From: a virus
Virus record (IMG/VR): IMGVR_UViG_3300045988_116230
Span: 84,126 to 148,125 of that record
Length of the DNA: 64,000 nt
Strand: one strand, 5' to 3'
How positions within the stretch are numbered: the stretch's first letter is position 1; each line of letters starts with the position of its first letter. Made by a program: the position numbers and the translations under genes. The notes under the pieces were generated by a model that was given only the letters and a program-made list of their open reading frames with translations, was not told the DNA's origin and made no database searches. Shown piece by piece: positions 10,075 to 18,515 of the stretch.

Positions 10075-12332
10075 TGGGTGTCAAATGTCAGATAGAAAAA
10101 AAGGAAAATGAAATAAAACGGGTTAAGGCTCCTAACGGGGAGCCTTCCGTTCTTTACGAAAGTGCTTTAAAAGTATTAGGAAACAGCGAGCGGGCTCTTC
10201 AGGTATGGGCTAAGGCTTACACTCCTGGTTTTTTGTCGTATTATGGTCATTGGAATAACCCGGCTCCAGGGGAGATGTTTAATACCGATCCCAATGGTGA
10301 ACCTCTTTTAGAAGACGTGCTGTCGTATATGAAGCGTCAGACTTATTTTGCTGATCCTTTAACGGCTCAGGACATTAAGGATGTAAGGGATTTCCTTTTG
10401 TCTACTCATTATTTTTTTAATGCGTCTTCATTGTCTAATGCTATTCTCTTCGATTTTTATGTAGATGGCAGTTTGATACTGAATGAGCAGAAATTAAGGA
10501 GATCCGGTTTGTATGATGAAACAGAGATAAGTCGTATTTTATCCGATCCTTCTGTTTTAAATGAGGTTTCGACTTCCATGAGAAAGTTAATAGATTCTTC
10601 TATTAACGAACATGATAGGGAAAAAGATAATTATTTTATGTCTATTGACTATCAGTATGGTCCTATTGTTTACAAGGAGGGAGTGTTTAACCAATTTGGT
10701 AAAAAAGTACCATATAATCCTTCTGAGCTTTATTGGGCTATGGGCAAAACAGTAGCCGGCATAAAAAACTTTTCTGAATTTTCATCTGCTTTTGAATCGT
10801 TGAGAAACTCATACCCTGAACTGGTTGAGAAATTCGTTTCTGATAAAGAATTTGCCGAATCTATGTTTGATGAGTTCTCATCTACGAATAAGATTCCGGT
10901 AATAAACATAGAAGGGGATGATGTGGTGGAAGGCAAGAGAAGATCCTTATCTAAGCTACAAGATCTGTCTTATTACAATCCTGGCAAAATAGAGTTCCTA
11001 AGAGCTCGTATATCAGCTTATTTACATAGGGCTAATGCCGACACCGAATCTGATTTAAGAAGCATGATATGGGATATAGAAGAGGCTTGTACGTGGTTTG
11101 GCATAGATATAATAGGGACATCGGAAACTTATGATGGCACAGAAGAATCTTTGAATAAGATAGATAATTTGATGCTGGATCTTGATATTTATGTGGCCAG
11201 GCATAATGATGTAAATTATGCTCCAACGCTGGCATCTTCTATAGATGATGTTCTTGGTGATAGCACAGATTATTATTTTGGATTATTACCGGAGTATATG
11301 GATAATTTGAATATCGTTTATTCTGAATCCGATATAGACCCAGTAGAAGCGTTTGAGAAACATTCATTGCTTAAGGTAGGAGATAATCTATATCAAAGGA
11401 TCAGCAAAGATGATCTTAACGAGATGTATCAAATATCAACAGTGTTAGCCAAGCACAACCTAACTCATTTTTCTACTAAAATATATCCTGAATCTTGTTT
11501 TAAGAACGGCGTTTTGGATAAAGAGAAAGTACGGAACGTAGATAATAATACGCTCATGGATTCCATTAAAAAATACGTCAGATCGTTCATGGATTCTCAG
11601 AACACAGAGGACATGATAATGACCAGGATGGCGTTTGGGCACCCGGAGGTACTTGACGTTCCTTACGTGGATGTGGATCGGGAGTATAGTCGATACATGA
11701 ACAAAAAACAAGATAGCGAAAACCCATTATCCTTATTCGATTTATACCAATCTTACCTTGACAACAAACTCCATAAAACAAAATTATATGATAATGCCTA
11801 TAAGTATCTTGACTTCAAACCTGGTCCATCTTTGGGTCTTATTTCTGATGATCCTGATATTTTGAAATCAATAGAATTATCTTTATCTGGAAAAGACAGG
11901 TTGATGTTGTTTGATTATAGCATGACCAGCACCGATCCTTCTTTATCAAAATTGTTTTATTTGGATAGGTATGACCCTTCGTATGCCGGGAATGATTTTG
12001 AACACTATTTTTACACCAGGCACCCGTATCTGTTAAAAGAAAAATCGGGTCCTAATATCGTAGAGCAAGATGGTGTTATAACAGCCGAAGGTATTTATGA
12101 TAATTTTATAAGAGTAGGTAATAAGATATGGTCTAAAGTAAGCGAGAGTAGTTCCGGCTCTATCTACCAAAATCTGACAGGAACCGAATCGGAGGTGAAA
12201 TACGATTCTACTCAGAAGGCTAAGACGGTAGAAACCGATTACGCTCCATACCAAAACAGATCTGGCTTGACGCAAGATATGACCGTAAGCAAGTCTGAAT
12301 TGGATGATCTTAATAAATTGGAATGCAGGTAA
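10074..12332 (+). CDS. hypothetical large protein (752 aa)
   Basis: long ORF; no motif recognised. Confidence 0.55.
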   Translation: MGVKCQIEKKENEIKRVKAPNGEPSVLYESALKVLGNSERALQVWAKAYTPGFLSYYGHWNNPAPGEMFNTDPNGEPLLEDVLSYMKRQTYFADPLTAQDIKDVRDFLLSTHYFFNASSLSNAILFDFYVDGSLILNEQKLRRSGLYDETEISRILSDPSVLNEVSTSMRKLIDSSINEHDREKDNYFMSIDYQYGPIVYKEGVFNQFGKKVPYNPSELYWAMGKTVAGIKNFSEFSSAFESLRNSYPELVEKFVSDKEFAESMFDEFSSTNKIPVINIEGDDVVEGKRRSLSKLQDLSYYNPGKIEFLRARISAYLHRANADTESDLRSMIWDIEEACTWFGIDIIGTSETYDGTEESLNKIDNLMLDLDIYVARHNDVNYAPTLASSIDDVLGDSTDYYFGLLPEYMDNLNIVYSESDIDPVEAFEKHSLLKVGDNLYQRISKDDLNEMYQISTVLAKHNLTHFSTKIYPESCFKNGVLDKEKVRNVDNNTLMDSIKKYVRSFMDSQNTEDMIMTRMAFGHPEVLDVPYVDVDREYSRYMNKKQDSENPLSLFDLYQSYLDNKLHKTKLYDNAYKYLDFKPGPSLGLISDDPDILKSIELSLSGKDRLMLFDYSMTSTDPSLSKLFYLDRYDPSYAGNDFEHYFYTRHPYLLKEKSGPNIVEQDGVITAEGIYDNFIRVGNKIWSKVSESSSGSIYQNLTGTESEVKYDSTQKAKTVETDYAPYQNRSGLTQDMTVSKSELDDLNKLECR

Positions 12333-12379
12333 TTTTTGTATACATATAATATAGTTTTTTCATAATTACGATTTGGAAA

Positions 12380-12407
12380 GTGAGGCTTGTGAAAGTCTCA
12401 CTTTTCT
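12380..12407 (+). terminator. rho-independent terminator after the 752-aa gene
   Basis: GTGAGGC-ttgtgaaa-GTCTCAC followed by TTTTCT. Confidence 0.5.
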
Positions 12408-12557
12408 CATATATGTACGTATATCAATAACATACAAGAAAAGTTAGGTTTTCATTGTTTATGGATTATTTTTGTTAAGTTTGCGATATTAGTTTCAGGA
12501 AGGGATTATGGAAATAAGGGAAAAGTAAGAACCGAACGTAACTAATAACAGTAGGAA

Positions 12558-12755
12558 ATGAGAATCAGTACCATCAAACGTAACAACAGCATTCATCTTA
12601 TGTATAAAAACATTATGAATGATTTAGGTCAATTAAGAACTGTAGTTTCAAAATCCTATATTTATAATCTGATACAAAATCAAACCGGATTAAGTATCAG
12701 AACTATATCCCATGTCTTGAATCACACAAAAGAACAGGATACAGATTCTTTGTGA
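12558..12755 (+). CDS. small protein with LacI-type helix-turn-helix at its C-terminus (NLIQNQTGLSIRTISHVLNHT resembles DIAKLAGVSxxTVSRVLN)
   Basis: motif similarity by eye; lies in a 630-nt otherwise non-coding region; true start probably an internal Met (~12600-12615). Confidence 0.3.
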   Translation: MRISTIKRNNSIHLMYKNIMNDLGQLRTVVSKSYIYNLIQNQTGLSIRTISHVLNHTKEQDTDSL

Positions 12756-12838
12756 AAAGCATACATTTTCATACATTTGTGTGTTCTTTAGTTTTTAGAT
12801 TTAAGTTTTTCATGGTATTAGTTTAGATTAGTGTAGAT

Positions 12839-12873
12839 CAGGGTTCGCAGTGATGCGGGCCCTGGTTTGATTT
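12839..12873 (+). terminator. strong hairpin (10-bp stem incl. two G-U pairs, loop AGTGAT) plus U-rich tail
   Basis: CAGGGTTCGC agtgat GCGGGCCCTG gtttgattt. Confidence 0.5.
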
Positions 12874-13041
12874 AAAAAGTATTAAAATATTTGCTATTTA
12901 AAATCCTGTTCCTATCTTTGCTCCAGAAACAATGAACAACGAGATCCCACCTCTGGTTGTTTGATGTTGAAAGATATTTTTGGCTCATTAGGGTTTGTCA
13001 TAGTGGGATCTGACATTCTCTTTTGGGCCTATTTTTTTATC

Positions 13042-13926
13042 ATGGATAAAGTTTCTGTTTTTGAAAGTTCGGATTTTGGAGAGCTTAGAATTATTGTAGA
13101 TCCAAAAGGAGATGTTTGGTTTGTGGCGTCAGATGTGGCTAAATCTCTTGGATATATAAATGCTAAAGATGCGGTAAAAAGACATGTAGATGATGATGAT
13201 TCTATGCTTTTGCAAGTATCTGATAATCAATGGGGCGTAAAACGATCTATATTGAAAACCAGATATATAGATAGTATAAGAATAATTAATGAATCTGGTT
13301 TATATTCTCTTATATTATCTTCAAAATTAGAGTCTGCTAAGAGATTTAAGAAATGGATAACATCTGAGGTTCTTCCTTCTATTCGTAAAACAGGAGAATA
13401 TAAAACAAGTTCAGGCGGCAAGGGAATTTTGGTTCCTGACTTTTCTAATCCAGCAGATGCAGCAAGAGCATGGGCCGATCAGTATGAAGCTGCTCAGAGA
13501 GCTATAGCTGAAAAATCTCAGGCAGAGGCAGAGAAGCAACAAGCCTTGAAAACAATAGAAGATCAGCGTCCAGACGTTGAGTTTGCAGAATCGTTCAAGA
13601 AAGTTGATAATGATAGAATGTGGCTGATTCGTGATATTGCCAAAAAGTTAGAACAGAATGGTGTTATCATCGCTGAAAAGAATCTTCGCTCATTTCTTGA
13701 AGAAGCTAAGTTTATGTTTAGAAACGGTCTTGGCAAATGGGAGTTGTACAGTAATGTAGTGGCTAAAGGATACGGTGTGTATAGATCATATTTTGTAGAC
13801 AAGTATTCTGGAGAAAGGGTTAATCAACAAACTATCTACATGACTGGTGCCGGATATGAAGTGACCCTCAATGGCATAAAAGGAAAACTTAAAAATGTAT
13901 TTTTAAAATATGGTAAATTTTCTTGA
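13042..13926 (+). CDS. Bro-N domain antirepressor-like protein (N-terminal Bro-N: ELRIIVDPKGDVWFVASDVAKSLGY; C-terminal KilA-C-like region)
   Basis: classic Bro-N/AntA signature; start moved to internal ATG at 13042 (track ORF starts 12961 with TTG and a hydrophobic junk N-terminus). Confidence 0.7.
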   Translation: MDKVSVFESSDFGELRIIVDPKGDVWFVASDVAKSLGYINAKDAVKRHVDDDDSMLLQVSDNQWGVKRSILKTRYIDSIRIINESGLYSLILSSKLESAKRFKKWITSEVLPSIRKTGEYKTSSGGKGILVPDFSNPADAARAWADQYEAAQRAIAEKSQAEAEKQQALKTIEDQRPDVEFAESFKKVDNDRMWLIRDIAKKLEQNGVIIAEKNLRSFLEEAKFMFRNGLGKWELYSNVVAKGYGVYRSYFVDKYSGERVNQQTIYMTGAGYEVTLNGIKGKLKNVFLKYGKFS

Positions 13927-13937
13927 GTTTATTTATA

Positions 13938-13976
13938 GGTAGTGTTTTAAAAGAATAAAAAACACTACCTTTTTTT
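13938..13976 (+). terminator. rho-independent terminator (11-bp stem GGTAGTGTTTT/AAAACACTACC + T7)
   Basis: read directly downstream of Bro-N gene. Confidence 0.65.
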
Positions 13977-14073
13977 GTTTCTGTCTTTTCTGAAAATACT
14001 TCTCTTCTATAGGAAATAAACACACCCATATTCCACCCTGCAATCATGATCTTTGTTACGTGCTTCATGCACG

Positions 14074-14094
14074 TATGTTTAACAATTAAATACT
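14074..14094 (+). repeat. copy 1 of exact 21-mer TATGTTTAACAATTAAATACT, 8 nt upstream of ATG 14103; contains TAtgTTTA (Bacteroidota -7-box-like) and a TTAA-N3-TTAA dyad
   Basis: identical 21-mer at 60450-60470. Confidence 0.6.
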
Positions 14095-14102
14095 ATAAAA
14101 TT

Positions 14103-15111
14103 ATGGGTGGTGATAAAATCGTCCTTTTAGATGGAGCCGGGGCTAACGGTGGTGGTGCAGCCACTAATGGTCTTCTTTCAATGATTCCCGGCATGTTTGC
14201 TAATTTGATAGGTGGTAATAAAATGGATCCGAATCTGGTGGCGGCTTTGATGAACGGTCGTAACAACCAGGACGGTTTCGGTGGGGCTAACGGTTGGTGG
14301 CTCTGGATAATTGTTTTGTTCTGGCTGTGGGGGTGGACGCGGCTTCGGTAACGGTTTTGGAAATGGCGGTGATTGTTGTGCCAATGGTTTGCCGGCTCAG
14401 TTGAATAACGATTACGGTCGTGAACTTTTGATGCAGGCAATTCAAGGTAATCGTAGCGCCATAGATCAGATTGCTTCTGCTTTGAACTGTTCTACTACTC
14501 AACTTCAAAACGCTATCTGCAACGTACAGGGTGCCATTGATAAAGTAGCTGGTCAGGTAGGTATGACTTCTCAGGCTGTTATCAACGCAGTTCAACAACA
14601 AGGTTGTGAAATAGGAAATCAAATCAGCTCTTGCTGCTGCAATCTGAGTTCGTTGATCAATCAAAGCACTTGCCAGACTCAGGGAATGATTACTCAGCAA
14701 GGTTTTGATAACCAGCTTCGCACGTTGGAACAAACCAATGTCTTGCAGAACGGTCTCAACCAAGGTCTGGCTAACAATCGTGAGCAAGCTACAAGCCAAT
14801 TCAATATCTTGTCTGCGAAACTTGACGCCCAAACCGTTATGATCAATGACAAATTCTGTCAGTTGGAAATGAGGGAGATGCAGAACACTATTGCTCAACT
14901 TCGTGAAGAAAAAGCGGCTTTGACAGCTTCGGCATTATCTCAGCAACAAACCCAGAATATCGTTGGTCAATTACGCCCGACGGCCGTCCCGGCCTACCCC
15001 TCTTGTTCTCCTTACCAGGCTTATACTTGGGGACAGGTATTCGGAGGAGGTTGCTGCAATAACGGATGTGGATGTAACAACGGATGTTGCAATAACAACG
15101 CTGCTGTCTGA
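14103..15111 (+). CDS. Gly/Cys-rich low-complexity protein: Gly-rich N-terminus, Trp-rich hydrophobic segment (WWLWIIVLFWLWGW), GFGNGFGNGGDCC block, Q/N-rich helical core with CC/CCC motifs, C-terminal GGGCCNNGCGCNNGCCNNN tail. Two track ORFs (14046..14351 frame 0, 14311..15111 frame +1) would fuse if the G5 run at 14329-14333 were G4
   Basis: both frames remain Gly-rich across the junction; frameshift or sequencing error at tgGGGGGtgg. Confidence 0.45.
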
Positions 15112-15134
15112 TTTTATTAAGAGAGGAGGCTAAT

Positions 15135-15548
15135 ATGGCTTGTGTTTCTAAAATAGGATCGTTGTATGAGATGGTTACGAAGAATGTTATTGTCAGTACG
15201 ACAAATACAGTCTTCGGTATTAACCCACGGGCTTGGATCGCCCTTCCGTGTGAGGGTCTTATCCTTCTTAAGATAAGGCAAGTAGTCCCCACAGCCGGAA
15301 GTGCTCTACCGGTACAGATTGCGGTCCCGGCAAACAGCACAGTTTCAACAGTAGGATCCGACACCTGTTGCCCGGTTACGGGAGTGAATGTCGTGAACCC
15401 TATTAACGTAGCTGTCACGGGTGCTGCTATGGTAAATGGCACAGAACGCCTTCTGTACTTCAATAAAGTTCGTGGCGTGTTAAGATTAATGGATTGTTGT
15501 GTTCCGACAACAACAGCCCAGGCGTCTGAAGTTAAAGCAGGTAAATGA
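15135..15548 (+). CDS. hypothetical protein with CC doublets (DTCCPVTG, MDCCVPT), beta-rich; strong GAGGAGG SD
   Basis: ORF track; SD 7 nt upstream. Confidence 0.5.
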   Translation: MACVSKIGSLYEMVTKNVIVSTTNTVFGINPRAWIALPCEGLILLKIRQVVPTAGSALPVQIAVPANSTVSTVGSDTCCPVTGVNVVNPINVAVTGAAMVNGTERLLYFNKVRGVLRLMDCCVPTTTAQASEVKAGK

Positions 15549-15598
15549 TTTCAGTAGGGTGATGAATATCATCACCCTATTTTCACCTAACTAATATT

Positions 15599-16093
15599 TT
15601 GATCATGTTTTCAGATTTGAAGAAAGGGTTTCAGGTACATACCCTTGATACTAATACAGTACCTAAATACGAATTGGGAAAGGTAGTAGCCGTATCCGAA
15701 CCCAGGTGTCTTCCTCCTCAGCCAGGTCAGTATCAGGCGATGCAGACCCGCGTGGTGGATCTGACGGTAGAGCTCACTGGCGAAACCAAGACCTATACGG
15801 TCCCGGAATCCCAGAATGTGGCTAAGGCTATGGGCATAACATTATCTACCAGCATAGATCCGATTATGAACGAACTGAATGCTATAAAAAACACCAGTCA
15901 AGACATAATAAACAGCGTAGATGCCCATCGTGCCAAGATAGAGGCTTGTGAATCTATATTAGAAGACATCAATCCGGCATTCAAACAAACGAGAGAGCAG
16001 GATCGTAAAATAGCTGGTATAGAAAATAAGGTGAATGACCTTACTGATTCATTCGAAGATTTAAAGAAGTTAATTGTAGAACGTTTGAAATAA
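15599..16093 (+). CDS. hypothetical coiled-coil protein
   Basis: ORF track. Confidence 0.45.
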   Translation: MIMFSDLKKGFQVHTLDTNTVPKYELGKVVAVSEPRCLPPQPGQYQAMQTRVVDLTVELTGETKTYTVPESQNVAKAMGITLSTSIDPIMNELNAIKNTSQDIINSVDAHRAKIEACESILEDINPAFKQTREQDRKIAGIENKVNDLTDSFEDLKKLIVERLK

Positions 16094-16100
16094 GTATAAT

Positions 16101-16469
16101 ATGATAGTATATGATTTAAATTCAGGACACAGAGAATATCTTGGATATGACGAGATAGAAGACAGACGAGGTGGAGGCAGAGGCAGAAGCCGGCGTTCTG
16201 ATGGGACGTACATGGGGTATGGTGGTGGTATTTACGACCATTACGGTATGCATGAGAAGATGAAAGAAATGGAAGAGCGCGAAAACGAGCTGGAAGAAAG
16301 GGAAAGAAGGCTCGAAGAGCGCGAACGTCGTCATGAAATGGAGGACCGGGAATACCGGAGGATGGGTTACGAATCCTACCCGACCGATTACTATGGAGAC
16401 GACAGATACTACGGTGACGGACCTCAGATGCGTAGAGGTCGCGGACGTGGCAGAGGTCGTTCTTATTGA
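16101..16469 (+). CDS. Arg/Gly/Glu low-complexity protein (RGG/RGRGRGRGR termini, ERERR repeats)
   Basis: ORF track; composition read from translation. Confidence 0.45.
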   Translation: MIVYDLNSGHREYLGYDEIEDRRGGGRGRSRRSDGTYMGYGGGIYDHYGMHEKMKEMEERENELEERERRLEERERRHEMEDREYRRMGYESYPTDYYGDDRYYGDGPQMRRGRGRGRGRSY

Positions 16470-16562
16470 GGAGCAGACGCAGAGGGTCCAGCTTATCAGA
16501 AATATGTAGATACTTACGGCTACCATTTTTCTAATGCTCTCGCTGATGAGGCGGTAAAGAAG

Positions 16563-16856
16563 ATGGTCAACGTCGATGGATCCAAGAGGATCTGGAAGCA
16601 GCCGGAAATAAAAGATATTTTTGAAAAGTGCGGAGCGAAGAAGCCGGATAAAGCGACATGGGGCAATGTCCAATATGTCTTTGCAATGTACTATTCGGAT
16701 GGTTTTCCGAAGGTCTTCAAATGTGAGAACGAGTTGGTGAAAGCTACGTTAATGTATTTGGATGATCCGGATGCTCCCGAAGGAGTAGCCTTTATAAGAT
16801 GGCTTGCCGTGCAAGATTACCTCGGCGAAAAAATAAACTGGAAGGATCTGACCTGA
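16563..16856 (+). CDS. hypothetical protein
   Basis: ORF track. Confidence 0.4.
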   Translation: MVNVDGSKRIWKQPEIKDIFEKCGAKKPDKATWGNVQYVFAMYYSDGFPKVFKCENELVKATLMYLDDPDAPEGVAFIRWLAVQDYLGEKINWKDLT

Positions 16857-17021
16857 GATCCAGACCCAGGTCCTTCCGGTGGTGCGGGAGCCATAGTAAA
16901 AAATATGATTCCCGCATTCCCGTTTTTCCCGTTTGGAAAAAAAAGGAATAAAAATATTATACCGGTCGGCGGGCAATAGAATACCCGTGGCCGGTTTGTT
17001 TCACATAACTTTTTTTTTGAC

Positions 17022-17198
17022 ATGAATATAGCACACGAATCTAAATCGAATAAAACCCCATTGTATTTAATAGGAGAGTTGATTGGCGTACCGAATACGG
17101 TTATGGACTCAGCATTGCATGAACTGAAAGATAGAATAGACAAAGACCCTAAATATAAAGATGTTAAAAATTGGCTCGAATCTTTACCCAAGATCTGA
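17022..17198 (+). CDS. small hypothetical protein (58 aa), not in track (<60 aa)
   Basis: clean ORF ATG..TGA followed by terminator. Confidence 0.3.
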   Translation: MNIAHESKSNKTPLYLIGELIGVPNTVMDSALHELKDRIDKDPKYKDVKNWLESLPKI

Positions 17199-17220
17199 AC
17201 CTATTTTTCCCAATACCAGG

Positions 17221-17250
17221 CCCGATGCGATTTTAGCGTATCGGGTTTTT
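17221..17250 (+). terminator. rho-independent terminator CCCGATGCG-attttag-CGTATCGGG-TTTTT
   Basis: read directly. Confidence 0.55.
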
Positions 17251-17325
17251 ATTTTAATTCATATTGTTTTATTTTAAATCTAATTAATTTATGAATGTCG
17301 TACTTTTGTTGAAAAAGTATTTTTT

Positions 17326-17553
17326 ATGGAAAATAAGGAAGATTACGTTGGTTACGAAGATCAAGAACTGTGTAACCGGTATTACAAAGAGGCTGAAGCC
17401 ATGAGGCAAAAGCAGGACTGGTCTCGGCTTAGGGCTGTCCCTGCTCCGGCCAAGGGAACGCCATCGCCCGGCTGGGGTCAGCTTGGACGTGGAAGTGATG
17501 TCCGTGTTAAGTATGTGAGTATCAATTCAGGATTGGGGGGAGATAGATTATGA
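17326..17553 (+). CDS. hypothetical protein
   Basis: ORF track. Confidence 0.4.
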   Translation: MENKEDYVGYEDQELCNRYYKEAEAMRQKQDWSRLRAVPAPAKGTPSPGWGQLGRGSDVRVKYVSINSGLGGDRL

Positions 17554-17768
17554 CCGTAGAAGAATTAGCTAACAAAAGATACGGTGGCGAATTTGTTTTC
17601 ATGTTTGGTCATCTTGAAGGTAGAACAAGATTCGTTTTTGAATGCTTTGATCCTAAACCTGATTACGAAGGTAAAAGCACTTATATGGTTTCCTATTTTG
17701 AGAAGGGACTTTGCAGAAGAGATGTGGTAGATGTGCCGTGTTATATGAATGTTTTGCCAAAATCATGA
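17550..17768 (+). CDS. hypothetical protein
   Basis: ORF track; ATGA-type overlap with previous. Confidence 0.4.
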   Translation: MTVEELANKRYGGEFVFMFGHLEGRTRFVFECFDPKPDYEGKSTYMVSYFEKGLCRRDVVDVPCYMNVLPKS

Positions 17769-17968
17769 AAACACTACTTTTAAATGTACCTGTATTTTCC
17801 GGTAAGATTATTTCTCCTATATGGATTAAGGCCGTAAGAGATTTTCAATCCAAATCCAAGTCAGAAAGAGACCTGTATTGTTCGATCTGTGGATGTGCAG
17901 GAGGGTGTAACTTGTGTAATGATATAAGTAAGTATAGGATTTCAGAACAATTAAAATATTACAAATAA
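17765..17968 (+). CDS. hypothetical Cys-rich small protein (CSICGCAGGCNLC)
   Basis: ORF track 17711..17968 trimmed to internal Met. Confidence 0.35.
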   Translation: MKTLLLNVPVFSGKIISPIWIKAVRDFQSKSKSERDLYCSICGCAGGCNLCNDISKYRISEQLKYYK

Positions 17969-18246
17969 TGGAATTAAAAGATTTTAAAGATGTAATTAGA
18001 ATGATGACAAAAGAAGAGTTCGAATCAACAATTGAAGAAGATATTAAATTCGTTGAAGGATTCAAGTATTTCTTAAGACATGATGATGCTACAAGGATAG
18101 TGGAACACATCAAGTCCGTGTTAGAAGCATCAGTGGACTACTATTATCCTAATCATCCTAAACCTGAAGCAGAACCAGGAGACATGGGAGAAGTTTCTGA
18201 TGGATACCACACTTTCAATATCCGAAATAACATTAAAACAATATAA
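17968..18246 (+). CDS. hypothetical protein
   Basis: ORF track. Confidence 0.4.
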   Translation: MELKDFKDVIRMMTKEEFESTIEEDIKFVEGFKYFLRHDDATRIVEHIKSVLEASVDYYYPNHPKPEAEPGDMGEVSDGYHTFNIRNNIKTI

Positions 18247-18515
18247 TTTCATTATAAGGTTTTAATGTACCAGAAATGGTCCGGATATTAGCCTAAGCCT
18301 TGAAACGAAGGCTACGTTATTTGAGAATATATAGTTACCTACGGATGTTTGCCCAAGTCTGTAGCTCTAAGGCAAGCGATTAAACAGGAGTAGTGTATTT
18401 GCGAAACAGTGTTGCTTGCATCAAAACCTCTTATAACATTGGCGATGGGTACTAACAGGATGAAATATTCCTGACTTATGTTGAATAAACATTGAAAACG
18501 TTTGTAGATATGGTG
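18247..18515 (+). ncRNA. candidate omega-RNA (IscB guide RNA) region: ~260 nt non-coding, hairpin-rich, immediately 5' of and abutting the IscB start
   Basis: position relative to iscB as in known OMEGA systems; hairpins such as GCCTT-gaaacg-AAGGC; no comparison possible. Confidence 0.3.

Noticed and set aside
14093-15463. Track ORFs on the - strand (14093..14440, 14178..14384, 14287..14898, 14888..15463) antisense to the Gly/Cys-rich genes
   Set aside because: Low-complexity GC-rich repeats generate open antisense frames. The + strand genes have SD sequences and terminator context
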